Positions 37,482-50,928 of a DNA stretch of 64,000 bases are shown here, one piece after another. Within the stretch, counting starts at the first letter, position 1, and each line of letters begins with the position of its first letter. Below the pieces are notes generated by a model that was not told the DNA's origin, did not search any database, and saw only the letters and a program-made list of their open reading frames with translations. The stretch comes from Cenococcum geophilum (lineage: Eukaryota), in assembly GCA_050273025.1 (NCBI GenBank), contig CP158635.1, positions 15,686,001 through 15,750,000 on the forward strand, in the 5' to 3' direction. Made by a program: the position numbers and the translations under genes.

Positions 37482-39858
37482 ATAGCGAATCTCTTTAAAT
37501 TAAAGATAATTAAAACGAAGCCTATTAGGGAAGGATTAAATGACTTTTGCGATTTATTTAACTTAATATATTAGGATCTGGGTATTCCTAGCTCTTTAGA
37601 CTCGTTATACTAGATACGTAATAAAGGTAACTGTTAATATACCTGTTATAAATTTTCGTTTAACGCCTATAGGACTAAAGGATATTTTGCTTAATTTAAT
37701 ACTTACTTTACAGAGCCTTCCTACTTTTTGTTTATTGCCGTCTAACAGCGGCAATAAAAACCTCCTTGGTGATCTGTTAAGACTTAATTTAGTAGTTAAT
37801 TCTAACGACTTTGATATTAAGCAGTTCCTGCCTCTTCTAAATGCGATCCTTTAAATTAAACCTAATGAGGTTATCTAGGAAAAGGTGTACGCTACTATTA
37901 TAGAGTTTACGCCTCCCCCCCAACCGCTACTATTCTACGTTTAAACCCTATATTAATGTAATATAAGTAGCTTTGCCAACTCGTCTAAATACAGGAAATA
38001 CGTAGATAATGTTCTAAAGGAGGAGCTAGGCCCTCTTTATGTGGGGATTCCTGGCTTATATAAAGCATTCTTTAGGGGAGTTAAAGGTTTTAAAGAGGTA
38101 AGCGCCGCCGTTTTTAAGAAATATAAGGAAGGGGACAATCTATTATACGCTGAGGGCGGCTAGCATAACTGGCCTAAAGGCGCGAAAGAATGTGGAGTCC
38201 TAAAGTGGTTTAATAAGCTAATTATATTATTTTTAGACTTTATAAAGGAGCATGGGTTTGTTCTAAAGGTATAATAAAGACTAGTAGAGTATACTTAGCA
38301 GCCCTTATAAGGATCTACGGCCGACTAAAAGCTAGATATTGGCTTTGTGGATAATCTAATAACCGGCGAAAGCTCCTAATGCTATTAGTTGTATATACTT
38401 GTATTAGGAGAGCTAAAGAGTAATTTAAATACTAATATAGCCTTGAAAGTATGGTTTGATTTAGGGAAATATATAAGGGAAGTATTTGCCGCTTAGGATA
38501 GTTGTTACTTTATTCTAGGCTTTACCCTCTATGGATCTATTATGCGGTTATAGGAGTATAACTAGGTAAGAGGCGTTGCATTATTATTATTTGATATTAA
38601 TAAAGACGGACTATAATTTACCTTAGCGATGTTAGGATTTCTCTAAATAAATAAGGAGCAGCTTAGGTTTAACCCTACTATTCTAACATTAGATGGTAAA
38701 TAATATATTAAGGTTATATATAATGATTAAACCGAGCGTTTTATCCTTAATAAACTTATAAAGCGGGTACCCTGTGTCGCTGGTTAAGCGATTACTTGCT
38801 GGAAAGTATACCGCGAGGGCGACACCTTTAAGATACCCTTTGTTATTAAAGACTTGTAGTAGTACCTAGAGCGTAAGGAAGAAGGTAAACTGCTGCGTAA
38901 AGTGATGGGGAAAGAAGTGGTTAATGTGGCTAGGTACTATCACTATGAGACAGTTTATATAGGTGGATAAGATGATGATATCTATAATATCTATAAGGGG
39001 CTGGATATTATAAAAGTGATAAACTATAAGCTAGAAGGCTTAATAAAGCCTCTAAGATTAACTAGAGTATAAATTAGTATAAGGAAAGGTAGAAGTTCTA
39101 GTAAAAAGAGATCTTTTAGCTATACTAAGCTACCGCCTAGTAAGCGTACGTGTTTAAGCTCTCCGAATAAGCTCCCTATATAGAATTGAGTATATTAACG
39201 CGTTATTACTTATAACTATAGGAAGGCTCTTTATAAGGTAAGCTCTTAGGCTGTAATGCTTGCTATACTAGAGGGTATTATTGAAGGATATGAGTCTTTA
39301 TATACGTAGGCCGGCATCCTTTAATACGACGTTTTAATAGGCAACCTCTTAATGAACGAGGAAGACGATAATCCCTTCTAGAAGTTATTCTTAATTAATC
39401 TTAATCTTGCGATTAAAGAGAAGCGGGAAGGACCTTTGGGAGTATAGGGCAAGACTAGTATAAGAGCGTTTATGGCTATAGGAGTGCTTCTTGGCGAGAA
39501 ATATTCCTTTAGGTATAATCTGGAGTTGTTCTTTTAGGTACTTTTCTGGATATACGTACACTATAATAGGTTAGGTAAAGATATCGGTCTAACTAAGTTT
39601 AAGTATTAGAATTATAAGAATACTATAAAGCTAGCTAAGTTAAAATTGGGCCTAGTAAGCAGAGAAGGCTATTTTCTTAACTATATAGCTGAGGTATTTA
39701 TACCCTATTACTAACCGCTAAAGCCGTAGGTTAATAGGCTGTAGAAGGTGGTTTTCCTAATAGATAGTAGGTAGGAGAAGGAAGATAGGGCGCTTTATTT
39801 TTAGATAAAAGATATTCTCTAGTAAGTACAGAAGGATTTAGAGGTGTTAGTAGAGTAG
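37482..39858 (+). pseudogene. Fungal-specific protein kinase (FunK1 / Pkinase_fungal); RIP-inactivated
   Basis: SSFANSS(E)YRKYVDDVLKEEL, GSTAD(R)KLDIGFV, GELKSN, GFTL(C)GSIMRL, CVAG(R)AITCWK, VIKD(SW)QY, AGIL(Q)xDVSIGNLL, FLI(D)L(D)LAI, (G)TRAFMAIGVL, (HD)LE(S)FF(W)VL. Stop at 39856-39858. Confidence 0.92.
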
Positions 39859-40149
39859 ATAAAATAACATTTTATTGTCCTATAGTCTTCTACTATATAA
39901 GTTAAAGTTTTATAGAGATTTGGGCGGCTAAGGCTAGGTAGCAGCCTTAGTTAAAACGTATGTAAAATAGCGTAGGGCGAGTTGCCTGGGCTAAATAAAC
40001 CCGGGAAAGCGGATAACCTAATCTTCCGCCAAATTATTAGATCTCTATACCCTACTATCCTATATAGGCTTTATGTTTCTATAAAATATGTAATCCACTT
40101 TCTAGCCTATTAGAAGCCGCCTTGTGCCGCCTAAATAGAGGCCGTAGGA

Positions 40150-40850
40150 GAATTAATCCCTTCTTTTAACTAATCCCCTACTTAAATAAGTCCCCTACTT
40201 AAACAAATCCCCTACGGGAGCTATTGCCTACGTGTTTCGCCGCCCTATAGGAACTAATCCCCTACTCCTAATAATCCCCTACGGGATATGATCCCCTACT
40301 TTAACAAATTCTCTACGGGATCCACTCCCCTACGGGATCTACTCCCTTGCGGTAATAAATCCCCTGCGGTAATAAATCCCCTGCGGTAATAAATCCCCTG
40401 CGGCAATAAATCCCCTATGGTAATAAATCCCCTGCGGTAACAAATCCCCTACGGTAACGAATCCCCTGTGGGTGCTAATGCCTATGTATTCTACCGCCCT
40501 ATAGGAACTAATCCCCTGCGGCTTGTATTCCTGTACAGCTTTTGCTTTCCTATAAGAGATTGCCCTAGAGGTAGCTCCGCGAAGCCTAGAGGAACTCTGC
40601 TCCAACAGCTATAAATAAAAGGGTTAGTCTGAAATACGTTAATGGCGCCGAATTTAAAAGTGTAGGTGTGATTAAGAGCCCTAGGGTTAAAAAGCCCTGA
40701 GGGAAAAATCCCCTAGGGGAAAAAAGCCTTGGGGGAAAAATCCCCTAGGGGAATAATCCCGTAGGGGAATAAACCCCTAGGGGAATAAAGCCCTAGGGGA
40801 ATGGAACCCTAGGGGAATGGAACTGTAAGGGAATGGTACCGCAAGGGCTT
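40150..40850. repeat. 17-bp minisatellite (AAATCCCCTGCGGTAAT)n plus a related palindromic (AATCCCCTAGGGGAA)n block
   Basis: Tandem units at ~40170-40520; CCCTAGGGG units at ~40680-40830. Confidence 0.88.
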
Positions 40851-41595
40851 CTATAAATGGGCGAATCGCTAGGATTTATTTTTGTCCTCAGCTTCTCGGC
40901 TTTTAATTGGTTGGTACGCTTTGCTAAGCCTTACTGGCTTATGCTTTAATAAGTTGCCCTGTGCTGTTTTATGTAAGTTATATCTAAGGCTGCTGCCTGG
41001 ACTTGGAGAGAAAGAAAGAGGGGGATTAAGTAAGCTCTGAGAATTGAGTATTTAGTTTTAGGTATAAATGAAGGGCTATTTTTAGCTTCTAAGAGGGTCT
41101 TAATTTTGGATGTTTCGAGCGCCTAAAATTAGGTACTCTATTTTTAGGGTTTACTTAATCCCCCGAACCCTCCTCGCTCCTATCTTTAACCTTTACTTTT
41201 CCTTTTAAGTAAATGGCGTAAAAAATCCCAATCTAGCGATAAAATTTCCGTATAGCTTTCCTATCTACTAGCAAAGTTAAGAAAACGCCAAGCATCTATA
41301 TAATGCATCTCTTAGCTAAGACGAGACGCCACGCCGAATTTATGGGGCTAGTGCTAATCCCTATGGAAGACCCGCCTACGGGAGCGCCTATACCTTTAAT
41401 GTGTATCCGTTGATGAGGATATAGGTTGGGGGTTTTGGTATAGTTTAGTTGACTTAGTAACCGCGCTAAGCTAAACGCCGAGCAGCGGAGGTAGTGCATT
41501 ACCGCCATAACGCTATACTTAAGACCGTTTATTCTAACACCAACTACAGTTCCCCTATTTCCTCTATTCTTTAATCCTAGGAAGTAGACCCTTAA

Positions 41596-44500
41596 TAAAG
41601 GTGTAGTCAGAATAGGTTGGCTACCCTCCCTACTAGTAGTGGCGATGTGTAACCTAAACTAATGCTGAACTAACGCCTTTTATATACTTTAAGGACGCTT
41701 ATACGCTAATAGATAAAAGCCGGTCTATAATATATTTAAGAACCTTACTAGTATACTACTTATTGCTATACGCTAACTAGGGCATATAAATAATAGAGGA
41801 TTATGCTAACTTTATACGCGCCTTATAAACTATCTTATAGGAATAAATAGCCTTTAGCTATACTGCGTTTCTTAAACTAGAGATAAATAGTACTTAAAGC
41901 AAGTAATAGTAGTAGAATGCTCCGGGCTAAGTGCACGTTTATATCCACTGCTTACCCTTTAATATAGTACTAAAGCAGCTTTATATTGTTACTATTAATA
42001 AAATAGAAAAGCTAGGTAGTATATACTAGTTAATATATTAGGGTGCTCCTTTCCTAGTGCCTTTTCTCTTCCCTTTAGCGCCTGCCAGTTTATCTCCTCT
42101 ATTACTTTATACTTTCCCTAATACTGTAGTACCGACGCTATAATGCTAGTGCTTACTAGGGTATAAAGATTATTACCCCCTACCATCCTCTCCCTAAGTC
42201 GTCATTACTTTTATTACTATACTCTCAGCTATTTATAGCTCCCCTTCGTCTATATATACTATATAGCGTTACTTAACAATTACGCCTAGTTCCCTAGTAA
42301 TTCTTTATTAGCTAGTTTGCCCTTTAATATAGACTTAATATAGGGAAACAACTTCTAGCACTTCGTCCGGTTCTTAAATCTCCTATTAAGGAATCCTCTT
42401 GCTATTAACATAAAAGGCTTCTATCTCCATCGCTCTACCTTATTAAATGACAATAGCTAGACCCTTATGCAGAACCGCATTAACTAGTACATCTTATACA
42501 CATCGCTCTTCGTAGCTGCTGTTATTAGCAAATAGGCACGTAAATATATCTAGGTCGTCGTTAAACTCGCCATTGTTATTATTATCCTTATCCTTATCCT
42601 TATTATTACTTTTTTCTCTTAAGTAATACCTGCCAGGTAGTTGTATGTCAGGTGGTTTTTATATCCTAGTTTCCCTTAATAGCCTCCCTAGATAGATAAT
42701 CGCATCGCCTAAGCAAAGGCAGTAAGTAATATAGTTATAGTATAGTTAGTGCGTTAATGAAAATTTTTTATTACACTGACTTTGCGCCTTAGTGAGTATT
42801 AGGTAGTTTGTTAATGTTTATCCAATACTACTCTTAAAGGTAACCTGCCTTATTAGGAGAAGGTATTAGAGTAAAAGTGCCGCCAATAGGTCGATAATTG
42901 GCGCGCTTTCTTTTTGCTTTAACAAGATAGCACTTAATATAAGATAGCTCGTTCTTAATAGGTATATAGTAAAAAACCAGCTTCGTAAGTTGCGTTAGGG
43001 AGACTTCTATATAGGTCTAGCTTTTTAAATAACTAATAGCGTGCTACGATTGTTAAAGAGGTAAAAGAGGTAATTTAAGATAGTAGAGGTAACGGCTATA
43101 GCTAAGGTAGAGGGCGTAATAATAATATAGGTTTTAAGGCGATATAAAGTGTTAACAGCGGATTAAGCTAATTAGAACTTGGCCTTAAAAAGACAGATAT
43201 GAAATTCTAGCGGTGATCTCTATACTTCTATACTCTAGGTAGAAGCACTATTTAGCTCTTATTAATAGTAAGGATCTAGCTATAGCCCTTATTTTTATAA
43301 CTAAGCCAACTATATAGTTTGCCAGCTTAGCGTTTTAGTGCTACGTAAAAAGGCTGTTACCTATCTACTCCTTAAAATGTCTCTTCCCTTTAACACACAT
43401 CCTTTTAACTATTTAGCTCCTAATCTGGTACCTAGGTTTATTATAGTTTTTATACTATGCCATTCCCTATATACTAGGGATATGCGTTTAACCTCTCTAG
43501 TAATATGTTTTAAAACTCCGATGCCGTTTTACTAACGGCCAATCTATCTAATATTAACGTTACCGCGCCAAAATACAACACTATACCAATATTAGTTAAC
43601 TATATAGACCTAGCTAAATTTATCACAAGCGATGTAGAGCTTACTATTTATCGCAGATTCAACAGCAGTATAGCTTAAATTCTTCTCTCTTTATAGAGCG
43701 AGATATAGCAAAAATAAAATCTTTTTAATAATGAGACTAATAAGTCTAAAAAGAAAGAACTCCTCTTAAGTATAAAAATATAAATAAAAGATTACTATAA
43801 GTAAATGCAGTATTCTAGCACGGCTTTAAAGATAATAAGACTAATAAATGTTATAGATAAGATATTAATCCTCTAAAGCCAAGTTCTAAAACTTTAGCCG
43901 CTAGTTAAACGTGTTATATAAACTTTCTTCTATTAGCTAGACTATAAATGCCCTTCCTTACGGCATAAAACTGAAGTGTTCACTAAGTATAATAAGGCAG
44001 ATATAATAGCATTAAGACCAGCGGAGGGTAATAATCCGTTTTTACGTTTCTTAAGGGATAACTTTAGTAGGGTACTAAGGGTAAGGCTACAGTACCCATA
44101 TATAGTTAATGGCTAATACGCTAACTAAAAGGTAATATAATAGAGAAAGAATAATAACTCCTTAAAAGAACCTGAGCTAGGTAGAGAACTTTACTATATC
44201 CCAGAATCTTATATTATAAAGGTTATAACGGTAATAAGCATCGCCATTACAGCTATTATACTAGTGGCTATAATTATATTATTATACTATATAAGCTCGC
44301 CGGGAGCTAGGCTAGGCATAGTTACCGCCTATATATTAGTCTTTGTAGTTAGCATCGCTCTATTCTCCGCATAAAGAGTAGAGGTTTTTATAGCTACTAT
44401 AGCGTAAGTTAAGACTTTGATTTAAGTATAAATATCTCTTCTAAAGTAATTTACTAATTATATATCGGACTTACGCAGATTTAGAGCAATCTTAGTAGTT

Positions 44501-44790
44501 TTTATAAGTGGGGATTTAGCAAAACCAAGATAGTAATAAACATTAGTATGGGCTTGTAAACTTAGTTAGACAGGATATAATCTATTTAGTAATTAATTTA
44601 ATATGTTTTCTCCCTAAGATATATAGAAGAATTAAGGTACTCTATATAAATGTATCTAAACACTAAAGAAAATGCATTAGGCACTCTATGCAAATATATT
44701 TAAATACCTAAGAAAATATATTAGGTTCTCTATATAAATACATCCAAACACCTAAGAAAATGTATTAGGTACTCTATATAAATGAAAATA
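41596..44790 (-). repeat. Left arm of a ~3.2-kb inverted duplication (right arm ~46300-50915, with extra inserts)
   Basis: Reverse-complement identity throughout. ORF 43338-43535(+) and ORF 48832-49095(-) both contain RKKAVT..LAPNLVPRFII. A ~43-bp tandem repeat at 44638-44785 is mirrored at 46300-46440. Confidence 0.93.
41850..42645 (-). pseudogene. C-terminal half of an NB-ARC-TPR NLR (mirror copy, with an internal deletion)
   Basis: Reverse complement of 49775-50665; lacks ~110 bp equivalent to 49800-49910. Confidence 0.8.
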
Positions 44791-46960
44791 AACACACCCT
44801 TAGTATCTGTAGAGAGCGATTACTATATCCTAAGGAAAAGTCGTTAAAGGCCTAGATTGTGGGTGGGACCCTAAAATGGCTTCATGCAGGATCTAATGTG
44901 CGGGGTAGGCTGAGGTAACTAGGCGAATGCTATTGGGCGCCAGGACGTAGTGCAGGAATATTATAACCCTCGGCAGTTAATTGTTCGCTAGAAATAATAG
45001 ATAGTTCAATCTTTAGTCCCAATTTCGCTAGATTATATTATAAGTTTAAGTTAGATTGCTCTAGGGTAGATTTTAAGACCTTTAGATATAGAGAAGCAAA
45101 AAAAGCGGCCGAGCTTTTCCTAATAGGGGTAATAACTCGTCTCCTCCTTTATAAAGTACACCACTATATTAAAGATATGCGGGTAGGCTAGGCAAATAAA
45201 CTAGAGGAGGATAGTAAGAAAAGGTAGAGAAGCTAGTAAGGCATACTTAATTTAAATCTTTTGCGATAGAGAAACGGGTAAGTTTTAAATATTTTGTAAT
45301 AGAGAAATGGGTAAGTTATCTCTATCTAGCCTAAGTAGGCCAAGAAACAATAAAAAAGTCTAGGGAGGATAGTGAGAGAAGGTAGAGAAGCTAGTAAGGC
45401 ATAGTTGATTTAAGGGTATATTTAGTTATAAGTTTAGATTAAAATAAGGGCTTTAAAATGGAGTCGATCTAAAGCTCCAATCTAATTCTAAGGCGACTAT
45501 TTGGTTGAATTCTAACGTAGGTTACTAGGTTATAACGGTCCACCTAGTGGGTTAGGGTTGTAGGTCGGTGGCCGCTATAATGGAGGCCCATTTAGGACGC
45601 TGCCCGCTTATACCTATCGTGAGTTCGAGACGGATTTAGGCGTGGACTACCCTAGATTCATAGAGGTGCAACGGTTGATCGGGGAAAACGGCAAAGTTTT
45701 AGCCGCCGGTTTGTCGTGGCAGCTCGTTAATTGACTCTCCGCGTCGCTTCCGGGACAAGGGTTTAATTATACGCAGCGTATTGCCGCCCAGTTCGGCTTC
45801 GACGGGTTACCACTAACGTACATGCTCCGCATGACAGAAATTTCTTTCTATAGCGTCGCAGGACGTGTTATAGCCATTAATGGCTTAATAATACCGACAC
45901 CTACATTCCTAGAACGCCCTAATGTAAGGGCCTAGGAAGATCTAAGATGTATAACAGAACACTAAAATACTGCCAAATGACCGCCTTTCTAATTAGGAAA
46001 AGCGGTTTCCTATTGCAAATTCCAGTACCCTGCTAATTTTTCATTTTAACCCCCCTATAGGAGGCTGGGCCTAGGGTGTTATATTTGCTATAAAACCCTA
46101 CTCTTTGCCAGATGGCTATGCAAAGATCTATTGTACCTTAACGGCGAAGTTTATGTCACTTTTTAGGCATATATTGCGTAACTAATCACACTAGCCAACT
46201 ATATATACTCGCACGACTGCTCCCTTATTGTGTATACTTATATACCGTCCTTAGTAAGTAAAACTACGCCTTAATAAGGAAGAAATACAACAGATTCCTT
46301 AATATATTTTCTTAGGTGTTTAGATATATTTACATAGAGTACCTAATGCATTTCTTAGGCGTTTAGATACATTTGCATAGAGTACCTAATGCATTTCTTA
46401 GGCGTTTAGATATATTTATATAGAGTACCTAATATATTACGGACCTTATAACGGCAGTAATGGAACTACTAAGAAGAGACTTAGATAACTTAGTTATTAC
46501 AATATAGGAAGCGCTTAAAGCGATTAATAAGGGCTAAGTAAGTTATATAGGACATTATATATTTATATACCCAACGTACTAAACGTAGCAAATATACTTA
46601 TATAGCGAACGTACCTAATGTACTAAACGTAGCGAATATACTTATGTAGCGAACGTACCTAACGTACCAACATACTAAGTGCATTTCTTAGGAGATAGGA
46701 TGTGTATTTAAAGGACCACAGTCCCTACCTAGATAGTTCTCTTCTTTGTAGTAAATCTTAAAATATAATTAGAGTTAATCTATTAGGCAACCACTCTACC
46801 AATTATATTATATTCTTGTTAATTGTTTAATTACCTATATACCTAGCCTATTAACAAGTCCACCGTAGTATTTCCTATAAGGCTTTGTTATATAATGCAT
46901 TTTCTTAAGTATTAGATACATTTAGGCTGGATACCTTAATTCTTCTATATATCTTAGGGA

Positions 46961-47724
46961 TAGGGGTACGCGTTATATAGTAATAGCGATTTAATACGTA
47001 TTATTATATATAAAATCGGTATTTCCCACTTTATTACATTTACATTATATATTATAGAATTTAAATTCAATAGAGATTTAGTATTAAGTAATTATAGCAA
47101 GAAGGTTAAATCTGGTTACGTAATGCTAAGTTTGGCCCATATATTTACAAACCGTTTAACTAGGGGTAGTATAACGGGCTTATATAAATGCTTCTAAACC
47201 GAAGCTTGTAGATTACTACTATATAAGAATACTAAGCTAAGGAGAAGAAGGAGAAGAAGACTGTCGAAGACTAATAAGATATAAGGGGTTACTAAGGCGC
47301 TAGTGGTAAGTAAGCTAATGGCGATTTTCCATACTGGGCATGGAAAATCCTAATTGGTTAGCTCTATAAGTAGTGCTAACAGATTGCCCAGAAATGCGGC
47401 AAATTGCCCTAAAACGGCAATATAGCAGGTAACGCGCCCTAGCACCGTCACAGGCAGCTTACCGATTAAGAAAGGCTTAACTAGGAGGCTGTAATTATTA
47501 CTAAAGATTACATTAAGTTAAAAAAGCGCCAGCTAATAAACCTACTATTTAATTTACTATATAATTGGATCTCTTTTATTACTACTAAACTTAACATTAA
47601 AAGCCTGTCTAGAACGTCTATTTTATATATTAAATTAGTACGTGTTATAAAATCGATTAATAATACGTAAAATATAAAATAAAAGTGTTATATATATATT
47701 ATAATTACCCAGTCCGCACCCCTA
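46961..47724. mobile_element. hAT-like non-autonomous element
   Basis: TIRs TAGGGGTACG / CGCACCCCTA with an exact 8-bp TSD CTTAGGGA (46953-46960, 47725-47732). The empty site is visible in the left arm of the duplication (~44611-44618). Confidence 0.9.
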
Positions 47725-49774
47725 CTTAGGGAGAAAGCATATTAAATTAATTACTAAATAGATTACATTCTGTCCAACTAAGTTTGCAAGCCCATACTAA
47801 TGCTTACTACTATTTTAGATTTACAAAATTCCCGCTTATAAAAACTACTAAGATTGCTCCAAATCTGCGTAAGTCCGATATATAATTAGTAAATCACTTT
47901 AGGAGAGATATTTATACTTAAATTAAAGTCTTAACTTACGCTGCGGTGGCCGCGAAAACCTTTACTCTTTATATAGTTAAGAATAGAGCGATACTGACCG
48001 CAAATACCAACGTATAGGCGGTAACTATACCTAGCCTAGCTCCCGGTAAGCTTACATAGTATAATAATATAATCGCAGCCACTAGTATAATAGCTGTAAT
48101 AGCGATGCTTATTACCGTCACAACCTTTATAATATGAGATTCTGGAATATAGTAAAGTTCTCTATCTAGCTTAGTGTCTTTTTAAGAGTTGTTATTCTTT
48201 CTCTATTATATTGCCTTTCGGTTAGCGTATTAACCATTAACTATATATAGGTACTGTAGCCTTACCCTTAGTACCCTACTAAAGTTATCCCTCAAGAAAC
48301 ATAAAAACGGATTATCACCCTCCGCTAGTCTTAATGCTATTATATCTGCCTTATTATGCTTAGTGAACACTTTAGTTCTATACCGTAAGGAAGCGCATTT
48401 ACAGTCTAGCTATTAGAAGAAAGTTTATATAGCGCGTTTAACTAGCGGCTAAAATTTTAGAACTTAGCTCTGGAGGATTAATATCTCATCTATAATATTT
48501 ATTAGTCTTATTATCTTTAAAGCCGTACTAGAATGCTGCATTTACTTACAGTAATCTTTTATTAGTATCTTTATACTTAGGAGAAGTGCTTTCTTTTTAG
48601 ACTCGATAGTCTTATTATTATTATTCATATTTCCCCAATAACTTACTAGCAATGCCGCGGATTTCCCCCCTATATTATACCGATTGAGCTTATTTAAAAG
48701 ATCTTAGTTTTACTATATCTCGCTCTGTAAATAGAGAAGAATTTAAGCTATGCTGCTATTAAATCTACGATAAATAGTAAGCTCCGCGTTACTTGCGATA
48801 AATCCGGCTAGGGCTATATAGTTAACTAATATTAGTATGGTGTTATATTCCAGCGCGGTGACGTTAATATTAGATAGATTGACCGTTGGCAAAACGGTAT
48901 TGGAGTTTTAAGATATATCGCTAGAAAGGCTAAGCGCTTATCCCCGGCATATAGGGAATGGCGTAGTATAATAAACCTAGGTACTAGATTGGGAGCTAAA
49001 CGGTTAAGAGGACGCCTGTTAAAGGGAAGAGACGCTTTAAGTAGACGGGTAACAGCCTTTTTGCGTGGCACTGAAACGCCAAGCCAGTAAACCACGTAGC
49101 TGGCTTAGTTATAGAAATAAGGGCTATAGCTAGATCCTTACTATTAATTAAGAGCCAAATAGTGCTTCCACGCAGCCAGAGTATGGAAGCACAGAGATCA
49201 CCGCTAGAATTTCGTATCTATCTTTTTAAGGCCAAGTTCTAATCAATTTGATCCGCTGTTAATACTTTATATCGCCTTAAAACCTATACCATCGTTACGC
49301 CCTCCGCCTTAGCTATAGTCGTCACCTCTACTATTTTAAATCGCCTCCTTTACCTTTTTAACGATTACAGCACGCTATTAGACGTTTAAAAAACTAGATC
49401 TATATAAAAGTCTCCTTAATACAACTCGCAAAAGCTGGTTTTTTACTACATACCTATTAAAAACAAGCTATCTTATATTAAGTGCTATCGTATTAAAGTA
49501 AAAAGAAAGCGCGCCAGATTATCGACCTAATGGCGGCACTCTCACTCCAGTGCCTTCTCCTAGTAAGGCAGGTCACCTTTAAGAGTACTATTAAATAAAT
49601 ATTAATAAACTACTTAATACTCGCTAGGGTGCGAAGTTAGCGTAATAAAAAAATTTCATTAATACGCCGGCTATATTATAACTACATTACCTACTACCTT
49701 CGCTTAGGCAATACGATTATCTATTTAGGGAGGCCATTAAGGGAAACTGGGATACGAAAACTACCTGACGTATA

Positions 49775-50665
49775 ACTACCCGGCAGATATTACTTAAGCA
49801 CATTTATAAGGAGAGGCGTTTTACTGCTAACCTATTGTCACTAATAAGCTTCTTTAACCCGCAAGGGATTCTAGAGTTAGTACTGCACAGCTATTTAACT
49901 AATGTAATAGAAAGGAGTAAGGACGAGGACAAGGACAATAATAATAATAGCGAGTTTAATAACGACCTAGATACATTACGTGCCTATTTGCTGGTAATAG
50001 CAGCTTTAGAAAGCGATGCGTGCGAAATACACTAGTTAGTGCAGTTCTGCACAAGGGTCTAGCTATTGTCATTTAATAAGGTAGAGTAATAGAGATAGAA
50101 GTTTTTTATATTAATAGTAAGAGAATTCCCTAACGGGAGATTTAAGAACTAGACGAAGTGCTAGAAGCTACTTCCCCACATTAAGTCTATATTGGAGGGC
50201 GAACTAGCTAATAAAGAATTACTAGGAAACTAGGCGTAATTACTAAGTAAACGCTATATAGTATATATAGATAAAGGGGAGCTATAAACAGCTAAGAGTA
50301 TGGCAATGAAAGCGATAACAACCAGGGAGAGAATAGTAGAAAGTAATAATCTTTATACCCTAATAAGCACTAGCATTGTGGCGTCAGTGCTATAATATTA
50401 GGGAAAGCGTAAAGCGGTAGAGGAGATAAACTAGTAGGCGCTAAAGGGAAGAGAGAAGGCGCTAGGAAAGGAGCACCCCAATATACTAACCAGCGTATAC
50501 TACCTAGCTTTTCCTTTTTATTAACAGCAATAATACAAAGCTGCTTTAGTACTATATTAAAGGGCAAGTAGCGGATATAAATATACACTTAGCCTAGAGT
50601 ATCCTACTACTATTACTTGCTTTAAGCACTATTCGTCTCTAATTTAGGAAACGCAGTATAGCTAA
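49775..50665 (+). pseudogene. C-terminal half (winged-helix + TPR) of an NB-ARC-TPR NLR
   Basis: LLSL(M)SFFNPQGI, DLDTLRAYLLV, CE(M)HxLVQFCTRV(W)L, KC(Q)KLLPH, GREKALGKEHPxTLTSVYxLA, E(H)PTTIxC. No P-loop is seen upstream. Confidence 0.82.
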
Positions 50666-50928
50666 AGGCTATTTATTCCTATAAGATGCGCGCGTATAAG
50701 GTTAGTATAATACTCTATTATTTATATATCCTAGTTAGCGTATAGTAGTAAACAGTATATAGGTAAGGTACTTTAATAGGTTATAGATTAGCTTTTATCT
50801 ATTAGTATATAAGCGCCCTTAGAGTATATAGAAGGTATTAGTTTAAGGTTAGTTTAGGTTATATATTGCCACTACTAGTAGGGAGGGTAGCCGACCCACT
50901 CTGGCTATACTTTTGTTAAGATAGAGGG

